From the NCBI GenBank assembly GCA_964203475.1, contig CAXNLR010000004.1:2073-66072 (forward strand): 64,000 nt of DNA, written 5' to 3'. Positions 10,550 through 22,940 of the stretch are shown piece by piece. This DNA is from Candidatus Planktophila sp. GTDB lineage: Bacteria; Actinomycetota; Actinomycetes; Nanopelagicales; Nanopelagicaceae. Each line of letters begins with the position of its first letter. Position 1 is the first letter of the stretch. The position numbers and the translations under genes were made by a program. The notes under the pieces were generated by a model. That model saw nothing but the letters and a program-made list of their open reading frames with translations, was not told the DNA's origin and did not search any database.

Positions 10550-11340
10550 TACTTCTCCTCCTCAACCTTGGTATTGACTTCGCTGAGATCAAATTTCTTG
10601 TAATCCAACATGTCACCACGCGCAGAAAGAGTTGCGTTGACTGAGGTTGGCGCTGGAGTGCCATCTGGAAGAAGGGCTGGAACATCAACTGCGTTGTGTC
10701 GGGCATAAACACCTGGGCCAGGCAGACCTGCTGCTGTGCCAAGTGATTCACCGCGGAAGCGATTTATAGAAAGTTGACGCTGCGTTGGGCGAACTGTTGT
10801 GCGCTGATGATGAGCCAGAACCATCGCACCCATGGCCGCTGTGATCAAGAGTGCTGAGACAACTTCAAATGCAAACACATATGTTGAGAACAAAAGCACT
10901 GCAATTCCTTGCACATTTCCGTCAATATTGGCTTGAGCCAAACCAACTGCATCGCGTCCAATACTTGCTCGGCCTAACAATGAAACCATCAAACCACCAA
11001 AACCAATTGCGGCAGTTATTGCAATGGGGCGAAGCCCACGAATAGTTTCAGTTAATGAATCAGATGAATCAACACCAACAAGCATCAGAATGAATAAGAA
11101 GAGCATCATTACTGCGCCGGTATAGACAACAACCTGAACAATTCCTAAGAACGCTGCATCTTGAGCGATGTAAAAGATAGCCAGAATGACCATAACAAAA
11201 GCCATCAGAATCGCAGAGTGCACCGCTTTTTTAACCAACAACATTGCAAGTGATGAAACAACTGCAAGGGGGCCAAGAATCCAGAACATGACTGCTTCTG
11301 GTTTAGCGGTCTGTCCAACCTCAAGAGCTAATTGCAACAC
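10549..11340 (-). CDS. nuoJ: NADH-quinone oxidoreductase subunit J
   Basis: [20 protein letters not shown]; operon position. Confidence 0.95.
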   Translation of the reverse strand: MLQLALEVGQTAKPEAVMFWILGPLAVVSSLAMLLVKKAVHSAILMAFVMVILAIFYIAQDAAFLGIVQVVVYTGAVMMLFLFILMLVGVDSSDSLTETIRGLRPIAITAAIGFGGLMVSLLGRASIGRDAVGLAQANIDGNVQGIAVLLFSTYVFAFEVVSALLITAAMGAMVLAHHQRTTVRPTQRQLSINRFRGESLGTAAGLPGPGVYARHNAVDVPALLPDGTPAPTSVNATLSARGDMLDYKKFDLSEVNTKVEEEK

Positions 11341-11952
11341 TTACTTGCCCTCCTGTGAAGGATGAGCTTGCTTAACATCTCCGTTGTAATAATTAGTGTC
11401 AGTCATGTCCGGATACATTGGGTGCGGCGGCATCAACATTCCTTGACGAAGTGGTGCTAACAAATCTTGCTTTTCAAAGATCAACTTGGCACGAGTGTCA
11501 TCTGCAAGTTCATATTCGTTTGTCATTGTCAGCGCGCGAGTAGGGCAAGCTTCAATACATAGACCACAGAAAACGCAGCGAAGGTAATTGATTTGATAGA
11601 CCTTGCCGTATCGCTCTCCTGGAGACATGCGATTTTCTTCAGTGTTTGTTTCACCTTCAACATAAATCGCATCTGCTGGACATGCCCATGCACATAGTTC
11701 GCACCCGATGCACTTTTCTAAACCGTCTGGATGGCGATTGAGTTGATGACGACCGTGGAAGCGCTCTTCTGTTGGTGCTTTCACTTCTGGGTACTCAACG
11801 GTCAAAGGCTTCTTGAATATTGTAGAAAAAGTAACCCAGAAACCCTTCATGCTGCCAAAGAAGCCAACAGCAGGGGTCTGCTCTACTTCATAAAACTCAA
11901 CATCGTTGATGCCAAGATCTTTTGGCTTTAACGGTTCTAGGTTTTCACTCAC
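11341..11952 (-). CDS. nuoI: NADH-quinone oxidoreductase subunit I
   Basis: Two CxxCxxCxxxCP motifs ([24 protein letters not shown]). Confidence 0.96.
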   Translation of the reverse strand: MSENLEPLKPKDLGINDVEFYEVEQTPAVGFFGSMKGFWVTFSTIFKKPLTVEYPEVKAPTEERFHGRHQLNRHPDGLEKCIGCELCAWACPADAIYVEGETNTEENRMSPGERYGKVYQINYLRCVFCGLCIEACPTRALTMTNEYELADDTRAKLIFEKQDLLAPLRQGMLMPPHPMYPDMTDTNYYNGDVKQAHPSQEGK

Positions 11953-13195
11953 GGCTGTCTCCTACCTTCTGTGAAACATTGATAGTTGAAACTTCCATTG
12001 GTAAGGAAGGCACTGCAAACTTTGGTGCCTCTTTATTATCGCCATCAGCAACAGCGTCTTCCTTCTTTTTCTTAGCGCTTTCAAATCCAACATTTACCGC
12101 CATGATGATGAAGACAACGGTGCTTGCAAATGCGATCACAACTATTTGTGGAGCATTTCGTAGTGAAAGAACGCGAAGTGTGGCAACGACCAAGATCCAC
12201 AAAATTGAAACTGGGATTAAAACCTTCCAGCCAAATTGCATGAATTGGTCGTATCGCAAACGTGGCAAGGTGCCGCGTAGCCAAACGAATACGAAGAAGA
12301 ATGTAAGGACCTTCAAGAAGAACCAGATAGCGGTGAACCAGCCACCAAGCCAGGCTTCCGTAAATCCAAGTCCTGGAGGAGCCTTATAACCACCAAGGAA
12401 CAAGGTTGTTGCCAATGCAGAAACAGCAATGATGTTTACATATTCAGCCAAGAAGAATAGTGCGAACTTAAGTGAAGAGTACTCGGTGTGGAATCCACCA
12501 ACTAGCTCGCCTTCGGCTTCAGCAAGGTCAAATGGTGCACGGTTAGTTTCACCAACCATTGAAATCACATAGATAGCAAATGATGGGAACAAGACCACGG
12601 CATACCACCATGAAGATTGCGCAGCCACGATGTCAGATGTTGACATTGAACCGGCATAGATAAATACCGCTACTAGCGACAAGCCCATTGCAATTTCATA
12701 GGAAATAACTTGAGCACTAGAGCGAAGTCCACCAAGTAATGGATAAGTAGATCCTGAAGACCAACCAGCAAGAACAATTCCGTAAACACCAACTGATGCA
12801 ATTGCAAGAATGTATAGAACGCCAACTGGAATATCAGTTAACTGCATTGCAGTTTGGCGGCCAAACATTGTTACTTCGCCTGTAATTGGGATTACAGCAA
12901 AGGACATAAAGCAGGTGGTAGCACTAATAATTGGTGCCAATATAAATACAACCTTGTCGGCAGCTGTAGGAATGATGTCTTCCTTCAGCGCCAACTTCAC
13001 TCCGTCAGCCAATGCCTGAATCAATCCAAAAGGACCTACACGGTTTGGACCAGGACGTTGCTGCATGCGACCAACAAGCCGGCGCTCACCCCAGACAGAC
13101 ATCAGCGTAAGCACTACGCAGAGTGCAAAAACGATTAATGCTTTTACGGCGATTAACCAGCCTGGATCTGCTCCAATGAGTTGAGCTGTTGTCAT
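11945..13195 (-). CDS. nuoH: NADH-quinone oxidoreductase subunit H
   Basis: [35 protein letters not shown]. Confidence 0.96.
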   Translation of the reverse strand: MTTAQLIGADPGWLIAVKALIVFALCVVLTLMSVWGERRLVGRMQQRPGPNRVGPFGLIQALADGVKLALKEDIIPTAADKVVFILAPIISATTCFMSFAVIPITGEVTMFGRQTAMQLTDIPVGVLYILAIASVGVYGIVLAGWSSGSTYPLLGGLRSSAQVISYEIAMGLSLVAVFIYAGSMSTSDIVAAQSSWWYAVVLFPSFAIYVISMVGETNRAPFDLAEAEGELVGGFHTEYSSLKFALFFLAEYVNIIAVSALATTLFLGGYKAPPGLGFTEAWLGGWFTAIWFFLKVLTFFFVFVWLRGTLPRLRYDQFMQFGWKVLIPVSILWILVVATLRVLSLRNAPQIVVIAFASTVVFIIMAVNVGFESAKKKKEDAVADGDNKEAPKFAVPSLPMEVSTINVSQKVGDSRE

Positions 13196-15540
13196 GCCTT
13201 CACCACCGTAACTACTGCGCCATGTGCGACGCCTAGGTTTACCAACAATTGAGAACCACGTGAATTACGTGGCGCCCACACTGCATCGTCATGAATATTT
13301 TCAACTAGAGCAGAAAGAGTTACTGCTCCTTGAGTTGTTGAAATCTTTAGTTGGTCACCATCGACAACACCCATAGCTTGTGCACGCTTAGGGGAGATAA
13401 CTGCAACGGTGCGACGTGCTGTTCCTGCAAGATTTTCTTCACCTTGTTGCAAAGTGCCAAGATCTAATAAGCGACGCCATGAAGTAATAAGTGCTTGATC
13501 TGCATTGAGTGCAGGCTGTGCTGAAGCGTTAACTGTGTTCAAAGAAACTCGAGCACCATCCCACTTACCAATTGATGCAATCTCCTTGATGGCTGCTGTA
13601 ACTGTTCCCAAGTTAAGAGAAGTTCCCATTTCTTCAGCAATCATTGAAAGGATTCGAAGATCGCTGCGATTGAGTGAGTCACTTACCGCTGCGTCAAATG
13701 AACGTGGGCGACCTTCCCAGTTAAGGAAAGAACCAGACTTTTCAGTAATGGCAGCTACTGGTAGAACAACATTTGCTCGCTCTGTGACCGCACTTGTTGC
13801 AATCTCAAGTGAAACAACAAACGCCTTATCAAGTGCTGCCAAGGTTGCCTGGCTGTTGTCACCATCTAGAGGATCAACACCACCAACAACTAGTCCGCCA
13901 ATGTGGCCGGCATTTACTGCTTCAATAATTTGTGAAGTACTGCGGCCTACTTCAGATGGAAGTGAATCTGTATTCCACAGTGCTGCGATATCCACGCGGG
14001 CTGCAGCATCTGTTACTGGACGTCCACCTGGCAACACGTTGCCAATTGCCCCAGCTTCAAGTGCTCCACGCTCACCTGCGCGACGTGGAATCCAAGCAAG
14101 TTTCGCGCCAGTTGAATCAGCAAGTGCTGCAACTGCGCTGAGCGCACCTGCACTTTCTGCCGCGCGCTCTCCAACAAGAATGACTGATTTATTTGTTAAT
14201 GATTGAGCTGCAATCGCTGCTGCCTCTTGTCCCGGTGCAACCTTTACAAACTCTGCCTTTAACTTGTCTACGGCAATTGATTCCTTAGAACCAATAGAAA
14301 CTACCTTCAGTGCGCGCTTGCGGAATTGCTTGTTAATACGCAAGAAAACAATTGGTGACTCTTCTTCTGGCTCAAAACCAACAAGTAGAACCTGATCAGC
14401 CTTATCAATATCGCGATAGGTAGTTGTTGATCCAACAACTCGTGCGGCAAGGAATTCACGTTCTTCATCAGATGAAACACGTGAGCGGAAATCAATATCG
14501 TTAGTACCAAGTGCAACGCGAGCAAACTTGCTATAGCCGTATGCATCTTCATATGTTGCACGACCACCAACAAGAACAGCTGAGTTTGCTGCCTTCAATC
14601 CTGCTGCAGCAACTGCAAGTGCTTCAGGCCATGAAGCCTCTTCAAGAACTCCTTCAGCGTTTCGAATCTGTGGAACCTTGAGGCGATTAACTGCTGTTAC
14701 ATACTTAAATGCCCAGCGTCCCTTATCGCAGTTCCACTCTTCATTAACTGATGCATCATCGCCTGCAAGACGGCGCAAAGTTTTTCCGCGGCGAACATCG
14801 GTACGCATATCGCAACCAGATGCGCAGTGTTCGCAAGCAGAAGGAGTTGAGACTAAATCAAATGGACGAGCACGGAATCGATATGCCGCACCAGTTAGAG
14901 CACCGACTGGACAGATCTGAACAGTGTTACCGGAGAAATATGATTCAAAAGGCTTGTTCTCATAAATACCAACTTGCTGCAAAGCACCGCGCTCATTCAA
15001 AGTAATAAATGGATCGCTAGCAATTTGCTCAGAAAAACGAGTACAACGAGCACATAAAACGCAGCGCTCACGATCGAGCAATACCTGTGACGAAATGTTG
15101 ATTGGCTTTTCAAATACCCGCTTTACGCCCTCAAAACGACTTGATCCTTCGCCAGTGCTCATTGCTTGGTTCTGCAATGGGCACTCGCCACCCTTGTCGC
15201 ACACTGGGCAATCAAGTGGGTGATTAACAAGCAAAAGTTCCATCACTCCGCGCTGTGCTTTTTCAGCAACAGTTGAAGTTAATTGTGTTTTTACGATCAT
15301 TCCTGGTTCAACAGGAATTGTGCAAGAAGCTTGTGGCTTTGGAAAAGCACGACCGTTAATTTCAATATCAACTAAGCACTGACGGCAAGCGCCTACTGGA
15401 TCAAGAAGTGGGTGATCGCAAAAACGTGGAATCTGAATTCCAAGTTGTTCTGCTGCGCGAATTACTAATGTTCCCTTAGGAACTGTAACTTCGAATCCGT
15501 CAATTACGACGGTGATCATGTCCACTACTTCAGTTGTCAT
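13192..15540 (-). CDS. nuoG: NADH-quinone oxidoreductase subunit G
   Basis: [38 protein letters not shown]. Confidence 0.96.
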   Translation of the reverse strand: MTTEVVDMITVVIDGFEVTVPKGTLVIRAAEQLGIQIPRFCDHPLLDPVGACRQCLVDIEINGRAFPKPQASCTIPVEPGMIVKTQLTSTVAEKAQRGVMELLLVNHPLDCPVCDKGGECPLQNQAMSTGEGSSRFEGVKRVFEKPINISSQVLLDRERCVLCARCTRFSEQIASDPFITLNERGALQQVGIYENKPFESYFSGNTVQICPVGALTGAAYRFRARPFDLVSTPSACEHCASGCDMRTDVRRGKTLRRLAGDDASVNEEWNCDKGRWAFKYVTAVNRLKVPQIRNAEGVLEEASWPEALAVAAAGLKAANSAVLVGGRATYEDAYGYSKFARVALGTNDIDFRSRVSSDEEREFLAARVVGSTTTYRDIDKADQVLLVGFEPEEESPIVFLRINKQFRKRALKVVSIGSKESIAVDKLKAEFVKVAPGQEAAAIAAQSLTNKSVILVGERAAESAGALSAVAALADSTGAKLAWIPRRAGERGALEAGAIGNVLPGGRPVTDAAARVDIAALWNTDSLPSEVGRSTSQIIEAVNAGHIGGLVVGGVDPLDGDNSQATLAALDKAFVVSLEIATSAVTERANVVLPVAAITEKSGSFLNWEGRPRSFDAAVSDSLNRSDLRILSMIAEEMGTSLNLGTVTAAIKEIASIGKWDGARVSLNTVNASAQPALNADQALITSWRRLLDLGTLQQGEENLAGTARRTVAVISPKRAQAMGVVDGDQLKISTTQGAVTLSALVENIHDDAVWAPRNSRGSQLLVNLGVAHGAVVTVVKA

Positions 15541-16821
15541 TTATGCACCAGCTCCTGCAAATAATGTTGAGGCAACAGGATCAAATGGGCATCCACCTTG
15601 AGTTAAGTGCGCAATGTATTCATCACGGAAATACTTAATTGAAGATGTAATCGGACTTGTTGCACCATCACCTAGTGCGCAGAATGAACGGCCCATGATG
15701 TTGTCGCAGAGATCTAGCAACTTAGCTAGATCTGCTTCTGTTCCCTTACCTGCTTCAAGATCACGAAGTATCTGTACCAACCACCAGGTGCCTTCACGAC
15801 ATGGTGTGCACTTTCCACATGACTCATGCTTGTAAAACTCTGTCCAACGCAATACCGCGCGAACAACACATGTTGTCTCATCAAATATTTGAAGTGCTTT
15901 TGTGCCAAGCATTGATCCTGCTGCTGCAACGCCTTCGTAATCTAATGGCGTATCAAGATGAGCATCAGTAAACAAAGGTGTCGATGATCCACCAGGTGTC
16001 CAGAACTTCAACTTGTGGCCTGGGCGAACTCCGCCAGCTAAATCTAGAATTTCACGAAGTGTGATTCCAAGTGGTGCTTCGAACTGACCTGGGTTAACAA
16101 CGTGACCTGACAAGGAGTAAAGCGTTGTTCCCTTGCTCTTTTCAGTGCCCATTGATTGGTACCACTCTGCACCGTTATTAACGATTGCCGGAACAGATGC
16201 GATTGATTCAACGTTATTTACAACTGTTGGACGTGCATAAAGGCCTGCAATTGCAGGAAATGGTGGACGCAAACGAGGCTGCCCACGGAAACCTTCGAGT
16301 GAATCAAGCAGGGCAGTTTCTTCGCCGCAAATATAAGCACCGGCTCCGATGTGTAGAACTACGTCAATTCCGTTTCCAAGAATTCCTGCAGCGTAAGCAT
16401 CGGCAATTGCTTGATTAACTCGACGGACAACATGTGTAACTTCACCACGAATATAAATAAATGCGTGCTTTGCGCGAATTGCGTGGCACGCGATGATGCA
16501 ACCTTCAATTAGAACATGTGGGTTTGCCATCAATAGCGGAGTGTCTTTACAAGTTCCTGGTTCTGATTCATCTGCGTTAACAACCAAATAGTGATCCTTG
16601 TTGTCACCCTGTGGAATAAAGCCCCACTTCATTCCGGTGGGAAAGCCTGCGCCGCCACGGCCACGAAGTCCTGAATCCTTAACAAGTTGAATAACTGCAT
16701 CTGGATCCATAGCAAGTGCTTTTGCAGATGCCGTATAGCCACCATGACGCTTATAGCCTTCTAAAGTAAATGAATCTTTATCATCCCAATGCGCAGATAA
16801 AACTGGAGCTAGCTTTGTCAT
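15541..16821 (-). CDS. nuoF: NADH-quinone oxidoreductase subunit F
   Basis: SGLRGRGGAGFPTG, GAGAYICGEETAL, ESCGKCTPCREG. Confidence 0.97.
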   Translation of the reverse strand: MTKLAPVLSAHWDDKDSFTLEGYKRHGGYTASAKALAMDPDAVIQLVKDSGLRGRGGAGFPTGMKWGFIPQGDNKDHYLVVNADESEPGTCKDTPLLMANPHVLIEGCIIACHAIRAKHAFIYIRGEVTHVVRRVNQAIADAYAAGILGNGIDVVLHIGAGAYICGEETALLDSLEGFRGQPRLRPPFPAIAGLYARPTVVNNVESIASVPAIVNNGAEWYQSMGTEKSKGTTLYSLSGHVVNPGQFEAPLGITLREILDLAGGVRPGHKLKFWTPGGSSTPLFTDAHLDTPLDYEGVAAAGSMLGTKALQIFDETTCVVRAVLRWTEFYKHESCGKCTPCREGTWWLVQILRDLEAGKGTEADLAKLLDLCDNIMGRSFCALGDGATSPITSSIKYFRDEYIAHLTQGGCPFDPVASTLFAGAGA

Positions 16822-17447
16822 TACTTGCCCTCTTTCGAAAGTTTCAAGCCAAGCAAAGTTGGCTCTCCGGCTTGAACACCTTCGTGTGCAAGTCCATCAT
16901 TTAATCCTGCAAGAACAGCTGATGCTTCTTTCCACGTAACCAACTTGTTAGGACCTCTAGTTGGTGGCTTTGGATTTCCTGCACGCATTGAATCAACTAA
17001 ATCTTTAGCAGACTCAACGGTTTGGTTATCGTAAAACTCCCAGTTAGCCATTACAACAGGTGCGTAATCGCAGGCCGCGTTGCACTCGATATGTTCAAGT
17101 GAAACCTTGCCATCAGCTGTTACTTCATCATTTCCAATACCAAGGTGATCTTTGAGTGAAGCAAAAATTGCATCCCCGCCCATGACAGCGCACAAAGTAT
17201 TTGTGCAGACACCCACGTGGTATTCGCCTACTGGCGTTGGCTTGTATTGGGTGTAAAAGGTAGACACGGCAGTAACTTCTGCCGCCTCTAGTTGTAGAAC
17301 CTTGGCAATAACTTCAATGCCTTCATTAGTTACATAGCCTGCTTTTGATTGCACATAGTGCAGCAAAGGCATGATCGCAGAACGAGGGCGTGGGTAACGC
17401 TTAATAATTGAATCCATAATCTGCAAATCTTCATCTGTGTATGCCAT
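16821..17447 (-). CDS. nuoE: NADH-quinone oxidoreductase subunit E
   Basis: VCTNTLC and ECNAAC 2Fe-2S ligands. Confidence 0.95.
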   Translation of the reverse strand: MAYTDEDLQIMDSIIKRYPRPRSAIMPLLHYVQSKAGYVTNEGIEVIAKVLQLEAAEVTAVSTFYTQYKPTPVGEYHVGVCTNTLCAVMGGDAIFASLKDHLGIGNDEVTADGKVSLEHIECNAACDYAPVVMANWEFYDNQTVESAKDLVDSMRAGNPKPPTRGPNKLVTWKEASAVLAGLNDGLAHEGVQAGEPTLLGLKLSKEGK

Positions 17448-18784
17448 TAGCGATCAACCCCTCCCATAACTGGATCAATTGATGCGACAGCACCGATGAT
17501 GTCGGCAACCATGCCGCCTTCACTCATTGCAGCTGTTGCTTGTAAATTATTAAATGATGGTTCACGGAAGTGAACGCGATAAGGACGAGTTCCACCATCG
17601 GAAACAACTGATGCACCAAGTTCTCCGCGAGGAGACTCAATTGCAACATATACCTGACCAGCAGGAACATGGAAACCTTCAGTCACAAGTTTAAAGTGGT
17701 GAATCAAAGATTCCATTGACGTTCCCATAATCTGGCGGATGTGATCCAGTGAGTTACCAAGTCCATCGCCACCCATTGCAAGTTGTGCTGGCCAAGCGAT
17801 CTTCTTGTCAGCAACCATTACTGGTGCACCTTCAAGCTTTTCTAACTTGTTAACACATTGTTCGATGATGCGAAGTGATTGTTCTAATTCATTCATGCGA
17901 ATTAAGAAGCGACCATACACATCGCAAGTATCTGCAGTAACAACATCAAAGTTATAGTTTTCATAACCACAATATGGTTGAAGCTTACGAAGATCCCATG
18001 GCATTCCAGTTGAACGCAGCACCGGACCAGTAATGCCTAATGTCGTACACCCTGCAAGATCAAGATATCCAATGCCTTGTGTGCGCTTCATCCAAATTGA
18101 GTTTCCAATAAGAAGGGTTGCATTTTCCTTAAAGTTCTTTCGCATTACTTTGACGCCATCGCGGATCTTTGTAAGTGCGCCAGCTGGAAGATCCTGCTGA
18201 ACTCCACCTGGACGGATGTAGGCCATATTCATACGAAGTCCTGTGATCATTTCAAAGATTTCAAGCACTGTTTCGCGCTCACGGAAAGCAAAGAACATAG
18301 GGCTAATCGCACCTAATTCAAGTGCTCCAGTGCCTAGTGCGACCATGTGTGAAGAAATACGGTTGAGTTCCATCATCATTACTCGAATAACTGAAGCACG
18401 CTCTGGAACATCATCTGTAATTCCCAAAAGCTTTTCAATCGCTAAGCAGTAGGCAGTTTCGTTGTGTAATGGTCCCAAGTAATCCATTCGAGTAACAAAA
18501 GTTGTTCCCTGAGTCCAGTTGCGATACTCCATGTTCTTTTCAATACCTGTGTGAAGATATCCAACGCCTGCGCGAGCTTCAGTAATGGTTTCGCCTTCTA
18601 GCTCGAGCACCAAACGAAGTACACCGTGAGTTGATGGGTGCTGAGGACCCATGTTTACAACAACGCGTTCTTCTTTTGTTGCACCAATATCTTGAACTAG
18701 TGCGTCCCAATCTCCACCAGTAACAGAGAAAACTTTTCCTTCAGTCGTATCGCGTGAAGGTGCGTATGGATCAAATGTTGTCAC
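17447..18784 (-). CDS. nuoD: NADH-quinone oxidoreductase subunit D
   Basis: [29 protein letters not shown]. Confidence 0.97.
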   Translation of the reverse strand: MTTFDPYAPSRDTTEGKVFSVTGGDWDALVQDIGATKEERVVVNMGPQHPSTHGVLRLVLELEGETITEARAGVGYLHTGIEKNMEYRNWTQGTTFVTRMDYLGPLHNETAYCLAIEKLLGITDDVPERASVIRVMMMELNRISSHMVALGTGALELGAISPMFFAFRERETVLEIFEMITGLRMNMAYIRPGGVQQDLPAGALTKIRDGVKVMRKNFKENATLLIGNSIWMKRTQGIGYLDLAGCTTLGITGPVLRSTGMPWDLRKLQPYCGYENYNFDVVTADTCDVYGRFLIRMNELEQSLRIIEQCVNKLEKLEGAPVMVADKKIAWPAQLAMGGDGLGNSLDHIRQIMGTSMESLIHHFKLVTEGFHVPAGQVYVAIESPRGELGASVVSDGGTRPYRVHFREPSFNNLQATAAMSEGGMVADIIGAVASIDPVMGGVDR

Positions 18785-19407
18785 TTGTAGCTCCTTCTTT
18801 CACTAGGAGGCGGTGTTGTTGCACCCTTGTATTCCACTGCAATTCCACCGAGTGCATAATCTTTACGTTGTGGGTGACCTTCCCAGTCATCTGGCATCAA
18901 GATGCGAGTTAGCCCTGGATGTCCATCAAAAATAATTCCAAACATGTCAAAAGTTTCGCGCTCGTGCCAATTGTTACCGGCCCACACTTCAACAACTGAT
19001 GGGATGTGAGCATCGCCATCTGCAACGGAAACTTCTAGTCGAATTCGCTGATTCTTTGTCATGGAAAGCAATGGATAAACAGCATGTAATTCGCGTCCAG
19101 TTTGCTCTGGGTAGTGCACTCCATTAACGCCCATGCACATCTCAAATTTCAATGTGTCACGCAAGATCAAGGCAACTTCAACCAACTTTTCACGCTTAAC
19201 GTGAAGAGTTATTTCACCGCGATCAACAACAACGCGCTCGATTGCATCTGAAAATCCTGGGTAAGCACGTTCTAGATCGTCGGTTACATCATCAAAATAA
19301 CCGCCATATGGACGCTCAGAAGAGCCTGCAGTACTGGCTTTACGAACTAAACCGCCGTAGCCAGATGTATCGCCCGTTCCTTTTGCGCCAAACATTCCGT
19401 CAGTCAT
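18781..19407 (-). CDS. nuoC: NADH-quinone oxidoreductase subunit C
   Basis: [35 protein letters not shown]. Confidence 0.96.
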   Translation of the reverse strand: MTDGMFGAKGTGDTSGYGGLVRKASTAGSSERPYGGYFDDVTDDLERAYPGFSDAIERVVVDRGEITLHVKREKLVEVALILRDTLKFEMCMGVNGVHYPEQTGRELHAVYPLLSMTKNQRIRLEVSVADGDAHIPSVVEVWAGNNWHERETFDMFGIIFDGHPGLTRILMPDDWEGHPQRKDYALGGIAVEYKGATTPPPSERRSYK

Positions 19408-19964
19408 TACGCAAGCAAGCCCTTCATCTCGTGAGTTGGCTTTGCATTCATGGCAGCAAGTTCAACTTCCTTGATGATCTGAGCGCGGTTTGCACCTAGC
19501 TTTGTGTCATTGATTTGTTCCTGCAATTTAATGATTGCATCAAGCAACATTTCAGGGCGTGGTGGACAGCCTGGAAGATAAATATCAACTGGAACGACGT
19601 GATCTACGCCTTGAACAATTGCGTAGTTGTTAAACATTCCACCTGAAGATGCACATGCACCCATGGCAAGAACCCACTTAGGTGCTGACATTTGATCGTA
19701 AATCTGACGAAGTACTGGTGCCATCTTGTTAGAAACACGACCAGCAACAATCATTAAATCTGCCTGACGTGGAGATGCGCGGAAAACTTCACTGCCAAAA
19801 CGCGCAATGTCATATTTTGCTGCAGAACCAACAGCCATCATTTCGATAGCACAGCAAGCAAGTCCAAATGTTGCCGGCCACAACGAGTTCTTGCGCATAT
19901 ATCCAGCAAGTTTTTCAACTGTGGTTAATAAGAAACCACTCGGAATTTTCTCTTCAAGACCCAT
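19407..19964 (-). CDS. nuoB: NADH-quinone oxidoreductase subunit B
   Basis: [27 protein letters not shown]. Confidence 0.97.
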   Translation of the reverse strand: MGLEEKIPSGFLLTTVEKLAGYMRKNSLWPATFGLACCAIEMMAVGSAAKYDIARFGSEVFRASPRQADLMIVAGRVSNKMAPVLRQIYDQMSAPKWVLAMGACASSGGMFNNYAIVQGVDHVVPVDIYLPGCPPRPEMLLDAIIKLQEQINDTKLGANRAQIIKEVELAAMNAKPTHEMKGLLA

Positions 19965-19967
19965 TGT

Positions 19968-20339
19968 TTAGTCCCATTCCAATCCGCCGCGGCGCCACAC
20001 ATATGCATACGCAACAAAAACTGTTGCAATGAAAATTGCCATCTCAACTAATCCAAACAAACCTAGAGCATCGAAAGTAACTGCCCATGGATATAGGAAA
20101 ACGATTTCAATATCAAAGATGATGAAGAGCATCGCAGTTAAGAAGTATTTGACGGGAAAGCGTCCACCTTCAGCAGCTTGTGGAGATGGTTCGATTCCAC
20201 ACTCGTAAGCATCTAACTTTGCTCGGTTGTATCTGGCCGGGCCTGCGAGCGCACCGGCGATAATCGAAAAGAGGGCGAAGCCAAAACCAATAGCGCCAAT
20301 GACCAAAATCGGTACATATGGGTTTGATGTCGGTATCAC
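19968..20339 (-). CDS. nuoA: NADH-quinone oxidoreductase subunit A
   Basis: YECG, FIIFDIEIVFLYPWA, GGLEWD. Confidence 0.96.
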   Translation of the reverse strand: MIPTSNPYVPILVIGAIGFGFALFSIIAGALAGPARYNRAKLDAYECGIEPSPQAAEGGRFPVKYFLTAMLFIIFDIEIVFLYPWAVTFDALGLFGLVEMAIFIATVFVAYAYVWRRGGLEWD

Positions 20340-20346
20340 GGTCGAA

Positions 20347-20352
20347 ATCCTA
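20347..20352 (-). promoter_or_regulatory. Putative -10 box (TAGGAT) of a leaderless nuo operon promoter
   Basis: TAGGAT 7 nt upstream of nuoA GTG; no SD present. Confidence 0.6.
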
Positions 20353-20379
20353 AGGTCGAATGGCCTATGCCGCTGACCG

Positions 20380-21072
20380 CTAGCCCTTTATCCCGCTGTG
20401 AACTGCAACAACACCGAAAGTTAGGTTCTTCCAAGTAACCTGGCTCCAACCAGCTTTCTCCATCCGGGCTGCTAGACCAGCTTGATCTGGCCATGCTCGG
20501 ATCGATTCGGCCAAATAGACATAGGCATCTGGGTTCGAAGCGGTCTTTTTAGCAATGGCTGGAAGCAGGCGCATGAGGTACTCCGTATAGATGGTGCGAA
20601 ACGGGCGCCATGTTGGATGGCTGAACTCAACAACCACCATCCGCCCACCTGGCTTGGTTACGCGGCGAGCCTCAGCAAGGGCCTTATCGAAATCAACTGT
20701 GTTTCGCAGGCCATAGGAAATGGTGACCACATCGAATCTATCGGCCTCAAAGGGCAGATTGAGGGCATCTGCCTTGGAGAAGTTCAGGTAGGGACGAGCT
20801 TTCCGGCCCTGAGCCAGCATCCCTTCGCTGAAATCAGTGGCAAAAACGGTTGCTCCAGCCTTGAATAGGGGTTCTGAAGAGGAGCCAGGCCCTGCCGCCA
20901 GGTCCAAAATCACCATTCCGGGCTTGGGGGCGATGATCTTTGTCGCCGCCTTGCGCCAGGCTTTGGTTCGACCCAAGCTCAAAAGATCGTTGACCAGGTC
21001 ATATCTCTTGGCAACTCCGTCAAACATTGCCGCGACCTCATCGGGATCCTTGTTCAAATTTGCGCGGGACAT
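20380..21072 (-). CDS. menG: Demethylmenaquinone methyltransferase
   Basis: [41 protein letters not shown]; ATG 21072 preferred over 21105. Confidence 0.94.
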   Translation of the reverse strand: MSRANLNKDPDEVAAMFDGVAKRYDLVNDLLSLGRTKAWRKAATKIIAPKPGMVILDLAAGPGSSSEPLFKAGATVFATDFSEGMLAQGRKARPYLNFSKADALNLPFEADRFDVVTISYGLRNTVDFDKALAEARRVTKPGGRMVVVEFSHPTWRPFRTIYTEYLMRLLPAIAKKTASNPDAYVYLAESIRAWPDQAGLAARMEKAGWSQVTWKNLTFGVVAVHSGIKG

Positions 21073-21131
21073 AGGCTCATTCTCCCTTGAAGTAGGCTCA
21101 TCCACAACTTAGGTCCATTGAAAGGTTCCCC

Positions 21132-21716
21132 ATGTCGCTATCTGCTACATCGCTTCGCTCTTCACTGATCCCCCGCTCTACAGCTCTTTCAAACGCTGTT
21201 TTAGTAGTCAGTGGAGTTCTTGGCTTAGCAGCGTTGGCACAAATTGCGATTCCAGTTCCAGGTTCACCAGTTCCGGTTACAGGTCAAACATTGGGTGTCT
21301 TAATTCTTGGGACTGCATACGGCTCAACCTTGGGATTCACAACTTTTGCTATCTATATCTTGGCCGGAATTGCAGGTGCCCCGGTATTTGCAAATAGTGG
21401 ACACGGATTAGATCGCATTGTTGGTGCAACGGGTGGTTACTTAATCGGAATGCTTGTTGCAACCTATGTATTGGGCCAGCTGGCACGTTTTCGCTTAGAT
21501 CAAAAATTCTTAACAGCCCTTCCATCGATGTTGATAGGAACTATTACCACTTTTTCATTTGGCCTTGTGTGGTTACACCAATACACAGGACAAAGCTGGA
21601 GCTGGACAATTAATGCAGGACTGACTCCATTTATTGTTGGTGAAGTGCTAAAGATTGCAATTGCTGGAACATCACTGCCTGCTATTTGGCAAGTTGTTAA
21701 CCGCAAAAATTCATAG
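21132..21716 (+). CDS. bioY: Biotin transporter BioY
   Basis: PVPVTGQT, YILAGIAGAPVFA, GATGGYLIG, PFIVGEVLK. Confidence 0.92.
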   Translation: MSLSATSLRSSLIPRSTALSNAVLVVSGVLGLAALAQIAIPVPGSPVPVTGQTLGVLILGTAYGSTLGFTTFAIYILAGIAGAPVFANSGHGLDRIVGATGGYLIGMLVATYVLGQLARFRLDQKFLTALPSMLIGTITTFSFGLVWLHQYTGQSWSWTINAGLTPFIVGEVLKIAIAGTSLPAIWQVVNRKNS

Positions 21717-21718
21717 CA

Positions 21719-22940
21719 ATGTCGCAACTTACCCCTATAACTACAACTCGCCTTGGCGAGCATTTGCCATTGCTGGAATTACTTCCAGATTTAAATCCAC
21801 TTGCCTGGGTGCGAAGTGGTGATGGTTTAGTTGGTTGGGGAACATATGCAACTACAACAGTTAGTGGTCCACATAGATTTGCAGATGCACGTCATTGGTG
21901 GCAGAAGCAGTTAGAAAAATTAGCGGTAACAAACACTGTGCATGGCAGCGGAACTGGCCCAATTTTGTTTACATCTTTTTCATTTTCACCTGATGATGTT
22001 TCAGTCCTTGTCATCCCACAGGTAGTTGTTGGTTCTAAGGGCGATAAGTCTTGGATTACATGGATCGGTTCAGATCCTCAGCCAGTACTTAAAACCGCAC
22101 CTGATCATGTTTCTAATGCAGATATGAGCTGGGATGAGAACCCACAATCAGATCTTGACTGGAAGAACCGCGTTGCAACAGCTGTTGCTCGTATTCAGTC
22201 TGGGGATTTAGACAAGGTTGTTTTAGCCAGAGATATCTCCATCAAGTCCAATAAAAGCATTGATCCACGGGCTATCTTGAACAAGCTTGCAGTGGAGTAT
22301 CCATCGACCTGGAAGTATTTGATTTCAGGATTAGTTGGAGCAACTCCTGAACTATTGCTTCGCCTATCACGCGGAATGATTACCTCACGTGTCTTAGCCG
22401 GAACAATTAGCAAAACAGGTGATGATGCAAAAGATTTGGCGCTAGCAGCATCTCTTGCTCGTTCATCTAAGGATCTGGCAGAACATGAATACGCAGTGCG
22501 ATCTGTTGCAGATGCAATAGAACCATTTTGTTCATCAACAAATGTTCCTGAATCCCCATTTGTTTTACACCTTGCAAATGTCATGCACCTTGCAACAGAT
22601 GTGACTGGCGCACTAGTTGAAACACTTGCTCACACAGATGCATTTACAATTCTTGAACAATTACATCCAACTGCTGCTGTGTGCGGAACTCCGAGACCAA
22701 TTGCTGCTGCTCTCATCTCTGAAATCGAAGGCATGTCTCGCGGACGATATGCAGGGCCCTGTTGGTTGGATTGATGCAGCAGGTGATGGAGAACTTGGAA
22801 TTGCACTTCGTTGTGGTCAGATAAATGGCGACACTATTCGCATCTTTGCAGGATGCGGAATTGTTGATGGTTCAGATCCTGAGATTGAATTGGCTGAAAC
22901 GTATGCGAAGTTTTCACCTATGCGCAGCGCCCTTAAATAG
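21719..22940 (+). CDS. menF: Isochorismate synthase, split by a 1-bp insertion at ~22758
   Basis: KVVLAR, GATPELL, EHEYAV, LHPTAAVCGTP in 5' ORF; GPVGWID..GELGIALRC..FAGCGIV in 3' ORF; deleting one base of GGGCCCTG restores YAGPVGW. Confidence 0.9.

Noticed and set aside
13505-14206. 233-aa antisense ORF in nuoG and many similar shadow ORFs
   Set aside because: Antisense to well-supported genes, with no recognisable motifs
7023-22940. Programmed frameshifting or phase variation in nuoM, nuoL and menF
   Set aside because: No slippery heptamers, long homopolymers or shared context; single insertions are better explained as errors
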